A program made the position numbers and the translations under genes. Below, one piece after another: positions 39,701 to 49,400 of a stretch of 64,000 bases of DNA. Location of the stretch: positions 33,746 to 97,745 of IMG/VR virus record IMGVR_UViG_3300045051_001056. One strand, 5' to 3'. Under the pieces are notes generated by a model. That model was not told where the DNA came from. It did no database searches and saw only the letters and a list, made by a program, of their open reading frames with translations. Positions within the stretch are counted from its first letter, which is position 1, and each line of letters begins with the position of its first letter. The stretch comes from a virus.

Positions 39701-42700
39701 CTAAATTTTCAAATGTAACACCATCCAATAGGGGCATTTTAGAGAAAACGAATGATTTGAATTCATTGGCAATATTTCTTTGGGCGTTAAATGTTCTCTT
39801 TGATTTAAACATACTACCCTTAGTTCTTTCAATATCAGACGTAGCCTGAATCAACATTGGATTGTTGTAACCCATAAGTTTTCCAATCGCATTCTGAACC
39901 TTTAGGGCGATTGATATATTGTGACCCGATGCAGTGATTTTATCGTTGTCGTCAATCTTCCATAGATATTTACCATTCTTAAGCTCTATGAATGCACTAC
40001 CATTTCTGGACCATAATGTAGATAAATTAGCCAAATCGCCAGATTGCATACCCTTTGATGCACGATATATGGTTCCCGCATTTTGATGATAGTTTGTACC
40101 AAGTCCACGAGAGTCTATTGTTGCAACGTTGGTTGCATCGGAGAACGGCCACGCTTTATCGCTAAGTTCTATGAACATATTGATAAAGTCTATTTGCTTA
40201 CCAAGATATTCTTTAGAGTTTCTTTGATCCGGAGGAGTCAATTCTACTTCACGAAAATCGTTTGGGGAATATGCTTCACTTTTCAGTGAATCGACATACG
40301 CGTCCAACTCCGACTTATCTCCAGAATATCTATTTCGAAGTTCATTAATGATTTCCTTAGCAGCGGTTGCAATTCTGGTATCACCTTCTGCTCCTTTTTT
40401 GAATTTTGCAATCGTGCCATTCGATTCAACCAAGTGGTCAGTCAGCATCTTAATCCCTTCTTGTCGAAGAAATCTTGCATTTGTAGATAGACTAAGTCCA
40501 TTTCCGCTAGAATCAGATAATATTGACATTAATGCAGACACATTGAATGTTTGCACGTTTAAATTATTCTTAGCCAACACAGGCTTATTTGCATTATCCA
40601 CTGCCCCAGACTGTTGGGTTCTAATATTTTCTATCCCAGAACGTTCGTGTGGTTTACCGTTAATATCTATATAAGTATTCTTATTGTTGGGATTTAGTCT
40701 ACCAAGTTTCAATACCTTATCTTTATTATTCTTAAATTTTGCAAACACGTAATTTTTAACTTTTCCACTCTCTGGATCTTTTACCATTATTGCGATATTT
40801 TTATTCTCCATCTTAATGGCCGCAGAAATGATTTTGGAAAATATTGCAACGCCAGACTTTGAGCCGGATTGTAACATATAATCACTAATCTGGCGAACAT
40901 AATCGCCAAATTCCCCCTTTGGATTATTTGCTATAACAAGAGAGGCCTCTTCCAGTAAATCTGGTTTCTCTAATGGTGAAAGTGCTTTTTTTATGACATC
41001 TTTATCAGACAGAACACTCTCGAATATTTCGAAGTAAGAATCTTGCAAAGCCTTCTTAATCAGGGAATCGGGTGTTTCCATATCTTTGACTAGCAACTCT
41101 CCGTACTCCTGGTCTGAAAGCATTGTATTCATTAGGTCTGCTATATCGCTACTCTCGCCAGTATCGGTAGCTTTAGATAAAGACCTCGCAACCTTCTCAT
41201 CAATCTCTCTTGCTCTATCAATTTTTTTCAATAATCTTTCATCATTTTTTACCCTACTGAGCCACCAAGAATTTATTACATCATGATTAATAATTATATC
41301 ATTATTTTCATCAAATGATATGGCATTAGATGGGATTGATGATAATTTTCCATCTTTTGTAAGAAATGTATTTCTCCAATATGTGTACAATTTGTCAATA
41401 TCAAAGTCAGATCCCATCTGAGTAGTAATCTCTGGAGGAACTATTGCAACATCTCCATATGATTTTGGTAAAAATCCTACTATCCTACCAATAACTTGAG
41501 ACGAGTGTCCTTGGTTTGGAATGCGCATTCCAATAATTGTAAGTAATTTTTCAGCCTCTTTTTCATTTTCGCCAAATTTACTCAAGTCAATTAAATTAGT
41601 CTTATCGTCAACAAAATCTTTTATATTGGCAAGTTTATTCATTTCATTCCATGCCTTAAACGGAAGAAGTATATCCATATAAGATATCCCATCTTTTGTC
41701 GAAGACATATATTTTAGTCCAGTTTCTGCATTATACCACTTAGTCTTTATTAGGCCATTAATATTATTAATCTTATCTGCATCTAGTGTATCTATTCCCC
41801 GACCAAGATCTGGGAATTGAACGAATGATCCACCTGGCTGTTTGGGTTTAATAACCCTATTGGAATACATTGAGAATAATATATTTTCCAATTTAGATGC
41901 AACGGCGCTAAACAATAATGGGATCTTGGCCTTAGCAGCATTCTGGACATGTTTAACATTGTTTTCCATCACCCCTATCCTGGATGCCTCTGAGGACATT
42001 ACACTAACGGCCTTATCCTCGTTAAACAACCCATCATTATATCCCAATTCACTATCCACATCTCTTTCTTCTGCCTGGGATAATGCAATCCTAATAGAAT
42101 GCTTTCTCTCTAAGAGGTCATTACCATTAACTTTTTCACCTTTATATTTAAATTCTTTGTCGAGAAGTCCTTCTAATATCGAAGTATCTGCCTGTGTTAC
42201 AAGTCTAATCTTGTCATGAGATTCGTCATATGGCAAATCTTGTTGATACCCAAAACCGGCAAATTCCATATTGGTTCTACCCCTGGAAAATGATTTAACC
42301 AATTCATCTTTTGGTAAGAAATTTCCTTTATCATCATAGATCGTCATTATATTTTCTGCGCCAACCTTAGCCGCCGACACGTGTACGAGCCTATCAATTT
42401 TCTCATCCTCCATAACCTGACGAAGGTCATTGAGCGGACCATTCATGGTTTCTGTTATTTGTCGTATCAGGGGCATCTCCGCAGATTTTACATAAATCTT
42501 TTTAAAATATAGTACTCCATCAATATCAACAAATCTATGAGTAACTTGCCTGGGCTTTCCCGCACCTATGATTATCTTTCTCAAGTCGGATTCATCCAGG
42601 TCTCTCCCAGAATTATATTTACTTTTTAAGTGAGTATATTCATTCTCTAATAATTGCCCATACTTAAATAATAAGTCTAATTTGTGATCCAGGGAGACAA

Positions 42701-45700
42701 ATTCAAGAGCATCTGATCCAACGGTGGATAAGTCTTTTATATCGACATTTAATTCTTTTGCCAGAGATTTTTTGTATTCGTCTCCATTGGTTTTCATATC
42801 ATTCACAAAGACTGCACTATATGTATCTGGCAATCTCTTCCCGCTTTTTAGAACGACGCCTTTGGCAACAGAAATTCCCGGGGCATTATCTGACGCCAAT
42901 CTCTTCTGATATTCTGCCATGGCATCATCTATTGCGAAATCTAATGTCTGTTCGCCCCTATTTAAGTGTTTTGCAATAAATCCCTTTACCGACTTATTGA
43001 TTTCAGCCGGATCGCCAGATATTAGCATCATTGAATTGTGGACAGCCACTTGGCTATTGAGGTTTAGATCTAATAATAGATGTAATAATGCCTGCTTTTT
43101 ATTCTTAAAAACAAATTCTGTTCCCCCCCATTGATTTGGAGCGAAGTATCCCAATTTATTATTTAATGCGTATGATTGATTTACTGGTATATCCTTAATC
43201 AATTGACCATCGACTTCAACTAATCCATTTTTCTTAAGAAGTTCAATATCATCCTCAGCCTTTTTGATGAAATAATCCGCCAGTTTGTCCTTGAAAAAGT
43301 TCTCGTACTCTGGATTTTCGAGAGACATTAATTTAATAGCAGATACCTGCTTGCCATTAACATCTATTTTTTGGTTTGGAACTATATTGTTAGAGGCATC
43401 TCTTTTAAAAATCTTGTTCAGGAATTTGTATGAGTAAATAAATTGACCATTATCAACATAATGTGCAGAATATTCATTTCTTAGCCTCTCTCTCCCATTA
43501 GAATCTGTTGTAATTATGGCCAAAATTCTTCCAAGCTCTCCACGAACAATGCAAAACGCGTCATCAAGGGCGTCGCTTTTCATTAGGACATCTTTATTTA
43601 TGGAAGCCATATTACCTTTTTGTCCTGGAATAACTATGCCCTTCGGTAGGCTAGTCCTTGGCAACTCAAAAACACTTGTAAGATGCTTGTCGGCTTTAGT
43701 GGTATCCCACACAAACATGGTGTCTTTACCATTATTCTGAAAGTCTGAGATTAAGCTTAATACTGCCTCAGATTGAGCCATTAATTTTCTTGTAGAGGCC
43801 TTTTTCGTGCCATCCTTTCTTATGCCATCCTTATAGCCAATCCTCCAAGAATTTCTAAATGGAGTATTATCCCTTCCAAGGTTTTTATTTTTAAGCCAAG
43901 AAGCCTCTCCCGTAAAGATAGAGTTCCTCAAGGCCTCTATCAATGGGAATCTTTTAATTCCATTCTCCTCAACTTTATCGTTGATTAGGTCATGAAGCAT
44001 ATTGGTTTGATAGGTGTTGATGCCAAAATTATAGTGGGCATTCCCATCGACCCCAGTACTCATATTAGCAAAATATCCATTTTTATGTCCAGCCTCAATA
44101 TTGGCAAGAAACTTAAACGCCGACTGATCCAACTTCCTCAATATTACATCTGGAGAATCATTGTCCGCTATTCCGTTCTCACCTTTTCCACTAAGAGTTT
44201 GCTCTATAGCAGAAAATATCCCAATGGGATTTCCCGTTTCGCTATATCCAAATTGGGAATCTAGGGATTTCCCCGAAAAAGTATATCCCTTTCGCTTATT
44301 ATATGTCTTGGGGAGCCTTAGTTCATCATATGTTTTATTGCTCAATCTTATACCAAGGCTGGCGAAAGCCTCTTTAACAAATTCAACCAATTCGGCATCA
44401 AGTTTAGGCCCAATCAGAGAAATATTTTTTTTCCTATATTCCCTTGCATCACTTATACTTTTAGAAAAGCTGTCAAATATATTCTTGCGCTCCTTAGGAT
44501 TATTATATAAAACTCCAGATATCATGGATTTCCATTCATTAAAAACAACCCTATCGGCTCTCCTTCTCTCTGAATTATAAGTTGACAAAGTGCTATACTT
44601 AGTATTCCAAGAATTCATTATAAACATATTCCTATGCCTATTCATTGCAATGGCAAATTGAATTCTTAATTGGGCGTCACCCTCTTTTAAATTGTCAGAC
44701 AATTGTCTGAACATATTATTGGGAATAAATTTATCCAAGATTGATGCCTCATCCTCTATGGCCCGCAATATTCCATCAACACTCCTGTCTGCAGTCATAG
44801 ACGTAAGCGCCAAAACCTTCTGATAAGCTCTCTCGGTATCCATGTGTCTTGCTAGTCCCAATGCATTTTCGCTAGGATCTTTTAGTGACCACATCAATAT
44901 CTTCACGGAATCGCTCGAAGTGCTAGATTCACTCCTGCTGAACATGCCATCATTATTCCAATCCTCTCCGCTCAAATAATCTGTGTCGGACGTGTTGATC
45001 ATTTCATCGTCTTCACTTTCAGATTCTATTTCATCCTCAGACATTTCTCTCAATCTGTCCTCATTTGAGATAGAGTTAATTACATCTTCTGAAACATCTA
45101 TGCCCAATCCTCGCAACTCTTTTATGGTAGAATCAACGATCCTCTTCCATGCTGTTATGTCAAGAATCTTTCTTACGCTTAGCGCATTATTATATGCTAT
45201 ATCGCGTTCATCTTCTGAGATTGAATCGTCCTCAGACAGTTCGGCCTGCCTATTATAGTGCGATTTCAGAGAATTATATGCAACATTTAACATTCTACGC
45301 ACGCTGACATTATTGCCTTCTTTCCTAATCAAGGTAGAAAATGCATCCTTAATTACTCCAATGCCCGCATGTTTCTCCTCACTAGTTATAGCTTGATTAT
45401 CTGAAGTCTTTATAATGAAGTCTCTATCAATATTTTTTTCATCTGACGGAACCTTGATGGCGAAAATTGACGCTTCTGGCCGCGCACCCCCCTGAACCTC
45501 ATCAACAGATTTTGCAGAATGGTCTAATAAGCTTGAGGCCACACTTACAAAATCGTTATATGCGCTACTAGGTATTTTTAATATCTTGGACACCCAGTCA
45601 AGAAAGTCTTGGAATATATTTTTCTCACCAATTTGAGGAGATGAAATGCTAGATAATTCTTTTATAAATTTAGAATTAGTAAACCCCTCGCTAATAAATT

Positions 45701-46391
45701 CATTTAAATTTTTTAATCCATAATATTTACCTTTTGCCTCAGCTTCAGTGATATTATATTTCTCCTGTATATTAGACAACACATGATTATATATGTCCCT
45801 TAATTTCTCCACGTGGGTTGATTGTGGATTATTATTAATATATCTGGCAGATATAGAGTGAATTATTTCATGAATTATTGCATTATGGGATAACCCATTT
45901 GGGGATGTTTGACTATAGTCTCCAAATTCAGATATTCTAATGGAATGTAATCCTGAATTATATTCAGCCAATGTAATATTACCCATACTGTTTTCCAGAT
46001 AGTTAACCGGCTCTAGGTCGATCCTAATATTATAATCGCCAAGACTAATTACATTGCGTAATGCATTTATTATTGGACTTAACCCAGGATTTCTAATATT
46101 GATTCTATCCAAAACCTCTCCGACAGTGGAATCATTTCTGCCATCAAAAATATCCCTCCTAACAAACTGATCGGTAGGATTACCCAATCTCCTGGCTTCA
46201 TTAAATCTTGCTTCATGTATGGCGGATAGCTCTTCCGCAGACAACTTGCCTTGCCAATAGCCATTCATGGGTAGCCCAAGGTTATCTATATTACCCTCTG
46301 TTTTATTCCATATGGAATATGCGAGAGTTGTTCCAACTTTTTCTTCTAAAGATTTAAATGCTTGAGAGGATTTATTTGGACAATTTATCAT
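36732..46391 (-). CDS. virion RNA polymerase polyprotein (phi14:2 gp66-like) with accessory domains
   Basis: RIPNQGHSS and QMGSDFDIDKLY (about 41390-41420), AVDNANKP; two HExxH zincin-like motifs (HEIIH, HELNH); ASCH-like and His-phosphatase domains at the C-terminus. Confidence 0.92.
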   Translation of the reverse strand: MINCPNKSSQAFKSLEEKVGTTLAYSIWNKTEGNIDNLGLPMNGYWQGKLSAEELSAIHEARFNEARRLGNPTDQFVRRDIFDGRNDSTVGEVLDRINIRNPGLSPIINALRNVISLGDYNIRIDLEPVNYLENSMGNITLAEYNSGLHSIRISEFGDYSQTSPNGLSHNAIIHEIIHSISARYINNNPQSTHVEKLRDIYNHVLSNIQEKYNITEAEAKGKYYGLKNLNEFISEGFTNSKFIKELSSISSPQIGEKNIFQDFLDWVSKILKIPSSAYNDFVSVASSLLDHSAKSVDEVQGGARPEASIFAIKVPSDEKNIDRDFIIKTSDNQAITSEEKHAGIGVIKDAFSTLIRKEGNNVSVRRMLNVAYNSLKSHYNRQAELSEDDSISEDERDIAYNNALSVRKILDITAWKRIVDSTIKELRGLGIDVSEDVINSISNEDRLREMSEDEIESESEDDEMINTSDTDYLSGEDWNNDGMFSRSESSTSSDSVKILMWSLKDPSENALGLARHMDTERAYQKVLALTSMTADRSVDGILRAIEDEASILDKFIPNNMFRQLSDNLKEGDAQLRIQFAIAMNRHRNMFIMNSWNTKYSTLSTYNSERRRADRVVFNEWKSMISGVLYNNPKERKNIFDSFSKSISDAREYRKKNISLIGPKLDAELVEFVKEAFASLGIRLSNKTYDELRLPKTYNKRKGYTFSGKSLDSQFGYSETGNPIGIFSAIEQTLSGKGENGIADNDSPDVILRKLDQSAFKFLANIEAGHKNGYFANMSTGVDGNAHYNFGINTYQTNMLHDLINDKVEENGIKRFPLIEALRNSIFTGEASWLKNKNLGRDNTPFRNSWRIGYKDGIRKDGTKKASTRKLMAQSEAVLSLISDFQNNGKDTMFVWDTTKADKHLTSVFELPRTSLPKGIVIPGQKGNMASINKDVLMKSDALDDAFCIVRGELGRILAIITTDSNGRERLRNEYSAHYVDNGQFIYSYKFLNKIFKRDASNNIVPNQKIDVNGKQVSAIKLMSLENPEYENFFKDKLADYFIKKAEDDIELLKKNGLVEVDGQLIKDIPVNQSYALNNKLGYFAPNQWGGTEFVFKNKKQALLHLLLDLNLNSQVAVHNSMMLISGDPAEINKSVKGFIAKHLNRGEQTLDFAIDDAMAEYQKRLASDNAPGISVAKGVVLKSGKRLPDTYSAVFVNDMKTNGDEYKKSLAKELNVDIKDLSTVGSDALEFVSLDHKLDLLFKYGQLLENEYTHLKSKYNSGRDLDESDLRKIIIGAGKPRQVTHRFVDIDGVLYFKKIYVKSAEMPLIRQITETMNGPLNDLRQVMEDEKIDRLVHVSAAKVGAENIMTIYDDKGNFLPKDELVKSFSRGRTNMEFAGFGYQQDLPYDESHDKIRLVTQADTSILEGLLDKEFKYKGEKVNGNDLLERKHSIRIALSQAEERDVDSELGYNDGLFNEDKAVSVMSSEASRIGVMENNVKHVQNAAKAKIPLLFSAVASKLENILFSMYSNRVIKPKQPGGSFVQFPDLGRGIDTLDADKINNINGLIKTKWYNAETGLKYMSSTKDGISYMDILLPFKAWNEMNKLANIKDFVDDKTNLIDLSKFGENEKEAEKLLTIIGMRIPNQGHSSQVIGRIVGFLPKSYGDVAIVPPEITTQMGSDFDIDKLYTYWRNTFLTKDGKLSSIPSNAISFDENNDIIINHDVINSWWLSRVKNDERLLKKIDRAREIDEKVARSLSKATDTGESSDIADLMNTMLSDQEYGELLVKDMETPDSLIKKALQDSYFEIFESVLSDKDVIKKALSPLEKPDLLEEASLVIANNPKGEFGDYVRQISDYMLQSGSKSGVAIFSKIISAAIKMENKNIAIMVKDPESGKVKNYVFAKFKNNKDKVLKLGRLNPNNKNTYIDINGKPHERSGIENIRTQQSGAVDNANKPVLAKNNLNVQTFNVSALMSILSDSSGNGLSLSTNARFLRQEGIKMLTDHLVESNGTIAKFKKGAEGDTRIATAAKEIINELRNRYSGDKSELDAYVDSLKSEAYSPNDFREVELTPPDQRNSKEYLGKQIDFINMFIELSDKAWPFSDATNVATIDSRGLGTNYHQNAGTIYRASKGMQSGDLANLSTLWSRNGSAFIELKNGKYLWKIDDNDKITASGHNISIALKVQNAIGKLMGYNNPMLIQATSDIERTKGSMFKSKRTFNAQRNIANEFKSFVFSKMPLLDGVTFENLVDNHQLANDLIRLKKERALSNNLFIQTLQSDEQLRFVTMEARISDSSAAENLTLGFYELATSDNPEYRKFAEDMVKYEYLMGGLQKMTSSLKYMDADILDKMGVNDQVSMLLKGDDISVDRSAEFVEKYFQNNPEEASIISKINRKLFKDKESKESYVRINVDTSSKSFDNVDREFLGRIITIDDSGEPSYKNYISSYVGGDIKLYKFNPEALVDGFARYDEIPTRGSASINRRGTPSFSDYSGSYGERVTPKLLKDIRPLGSETAVDSGFSSDQLMSDIPHNSYVKDLKSFFSNSENTNVAWSGALAESMGDYMNNVKMVYEPNDPEGRVAVYELEKRQICIYKKQMSEVIDKYGIEYAHETIAHELNHAMMAEAYSLGKNGNKTFKKISDTVDALYRDAANSMDNVPVISIVTGKTLNADWTYILTAISHDEHIDSIAQHFYPDDTDSRNELKLTMYSFNSPEEFVANLMSRPKFQTQMKQVQISPETAKKIGITKGKNVLRAFLESFAKLFTKLNSITFKNENGQKSSKNSVYEAAFINMMTLVDKVKEIPQRKDVSVPVVSIPQNLVSGKLSFGTIQVANSESKKLLGPNPHSIDMIEAGLRTRTTRSVGEMQKYNIRVGDIITQSGISADGTIKKVQTKITAIYPKGTPEYLSTWYKEGWTQEGIDNIKRFKDGAAAIEFEVLKPMETTTKPMSHSEQLEFEMKWKESNVALPRAKKIPKKMTELPKLEDFQGDEASYFRSLEQFRRDNPDKASIGIEFQKPQILVEPNFRTLDLKDLVGTKQSKEAVAMVDDIIINNPDMPIANGESFTNFSTNVLSALNKLIESAPDNAVIITHNSAFGLMRLWNTLGRPQNLDNNFRTRYTKMESSPGDTFQIKSRNGIINIVRHGETEDNVSGNFRSEQTRLTQNGINKAKELGKKLSNASVIITSDVPRTLHTANIIANGGTMAQLGSTVVEYLRNSEKNVRFAFRDAVERGIFKTKCE

Positions 46392-46416
46392 ATAAGTCTT
46401 ATTTTAATTTGTAATA

Positions 46417-46424
46417 CAAAGATA
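46417..46424 (-). promoter_or_regulatory. -7 element TATCTTTG upstream of the vRNAP gene
   Basis: Exact TAnnTTTG in a 37-bp intergenic gap; no clear -33. Confidence 0.55.
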
Positions 46425-46428
46425 CAAA

Positions 46429-49400
46429 TTATTTACAATATTTTATTAATTTTTCTCCCATAGAAATACCGTCTTCTGGGTCTGAGTTGAACAAAGTGTT
46501 ATCGACCACCTCAATTCCTATTGATGCCTTCTGCGTCGATATATCATTAGATTCAAGCAACTCAATGGTTTCCCCATCAACCTTCATTGGCTTTAATTTT
46601 GGCCTAACCTTTTTCTCTGTAGCCCTAGGCGCAGTAGTCGTAGTAGATGTTGGCTTTTCAGGGGGCGTTACAGTCTTTGCGCCTTCTTTAGTGGCATCCC
46701 TCTTTAGGTCGAAGGTTATGGTTGGCTGAATGAGATATATATTCTTTCCACCAGATTGTCCAGCAACCTTGGCATTAGTTTGAAGTGTTTCCATATATAC
46801 GCTCGAATGATTCTTATTTTCGACCGTTCCGCTCTTGGTTATAAGATTTATTCCTTCATTAGACTCTAATTTTCCAGATTGAAAATTATGACGCATAATG
46901 CCAATTACATTAACCAGATCGTTTATTATTTTCTTTCCCTTATTAGAAGTCTCTTCGCTGTCGGACTTTAGCATAGTCGCAAGGGTTGATGTGGCTATAA
47001 CATTAGATGCACCATTAGTTTGACCATATTTAATCATGGTTTTACCATCTTTATCCCAAATGGTTATAGCCGGCCTATCTTTAAAGTTTTTATCACCCCA
47101 CAAATGGGAAGGTATCATATATACAAACTGTTGTAAGTAGTTCCTAAGACCATCCATCGTGTCTATCTCCTGGCCAATCATGGAAGAATCCTTATTCACC
47201 TTTTCTGTGATTTTGGGGTCTATATTTAAATGTGCTAATATTCCATTTTTAACATACTCAATCCTTCCAGAATCGTTTACGGTTTTTGACATCACTGGCA
47301 TAGCATAGAAGGAGCCATCCCCAATCGGCAATAATATAACAGGTCTGCCAGACGTTAAGTCTTCTCGTCCAATCATCTCTTGATTTACTACATTCGATAC
47401 AATGGTTTTACCTTGATACACAACCCCATTAACGACGTGTGCAAATGGAAGAATCCCATTAAATTTCGCATCTCCAATTAGATTTGGCATAGCATCCTTA
47501 ATGGATTTATATCCCTCAGTATTAATTAAAGGATGGCCAGCAGAAATATTCTCTATCTTTGACGATATTGAAACTTTATTTCCATTTCTAAATTCATCCG
47601 TAATGGTGCTCCTTAAAGCTGTAACCTCTTGGGCAATCGATTCCGATGAATTTGTTATATTCTTTCTTGCTCCTGGCCCACCTTCGTCCAGCCATTTGGA
47701 CTCCCTTAGAAATCCTATAAGGCTACCCTTTTCTCCATTTTTTTCGGCTAAATATATCGCAATTGGTATATCTCTCCCCTCCCTTATGGCACTTGCTGCA
47801 TTGTGCGGAGTAGTCTTTCTTTTCCCATTATGATATAGTGCCTTGCCATTTTTATCATAATCTGCTAAAGGAATTTTCTCTCCCTCGTATGGCTCAATTA
47901 TTATATTTCTACCAGCATATACATGACGTCTATCTGAATTAATTAGATATTCTTCATTAATGACTCCAGTTCCAATATATTGACCATCTATAAAATTATA
48001 TTGCTCCGCAAGAAATGCTATCGAATTTGGATTTGCATTTATCTCGCCCTTCGATGATTTTCTAATTATATCACCTATTTCTCCATCATTAATATCTGAT
48101 ACTGGTTCTGCTGGATCAGATATGATATTTTCAACAGGCTTTTTTTCCTTTTTCTCTACCTGCTTAGCAGCGTCATCAATCTTTCTATCTGCAGGAACAG
48201 ACTTTCTAGAATTAATAAATTCAAACAAATCATCCTTAGTCAAATCGTCTATAGTATATCCCTTTGAATTTAGGAATGCGTCTATATCTGCCCTATTAAA
48301 TTTCGAGTCTCCTATCTTAATTGACGCCCTTGGGTCATATCCAAGCTCTCCATATAAATTCTTTATAGTTGACAATATCGTAGGCTTTCCCTGATTATTC
48401 TTATCCATGAGATAAATCCTAGCACCCCTCATTGCTCCCATAACATCTTTCATCCTTGGCTTAACTACAAGATAATCCTTTTCCCCATTAGGCTTTACTT
48501 CGGAAATTATAGATATAGTATCCTTATCTGCATCGAACTGAGATAGCTCATCGTCTTTCAGATTCTTGGCAGTATTATCTTCATTTAATTCAAATTTCTC
48601 GGATGGACGCATTTTCACGCCCTTTGGACCATCTACGACGTAGCTATGCGGGATATCTTGATTCTCGGCTGGATTATTATTAATGGTAATCGAAGAACCT
48701 GGCCTAGTCTCTGTAGCTAAATCTTTTTCATTTATAATTCCTGGAGCTTTAGGGAGAATTTCTGATCTATTATTTTGCACAACCTCATCATTCTTCTGAT
48801 CCTCAGCCTTCTGAACTTTCTTCTCCTCTTTGATCTGGAGTTCTTTTTGAAATTCTGGGCTAGTGATTCTTTTCAGGGATTCGTCAGAAATCTTTTTATT
48901 ATCTCCTAAAACAATCTTCCTTGAATTTAATTCCGATGTAGCCTCATCCAACTCCTTCTCAGTTATTTCTGGATTCTGTTTTTTGAGAGAATCCTTTGCT
49001 GCATCTATCTGGCTATTTACAATATTAATTGCCTCTCCCAAATCATCTGATGCAAGCTTCTGATTTAGAACCTCCTCTTTGTTTAAATATCCCGAGAGAT
49101 TGACACTATCACCAGACTGCTTAATTCTATTAAGTCTGTCTATGGCAATTTTTGCTCTATCTACCTCATCCTGTACCTCACTTTCTGGCCTTCCAGTTTT
49201 CTTAGAGATATCTTGAACATTCTGATTTGCAGCAATTGAAAATGAATTGATGGTATTATCTATGTCTCCATTCAAATAATCTACTTTTCCCTGCTCATCA
49301 AGATAATCTCTATCAATCCTATCATGCTCCTCCTGTGATGATGCATTTTTCTTTGCTTGGAAATAATCATCGATCCTCTTCGACCTGTTGAAAGCTGCAG

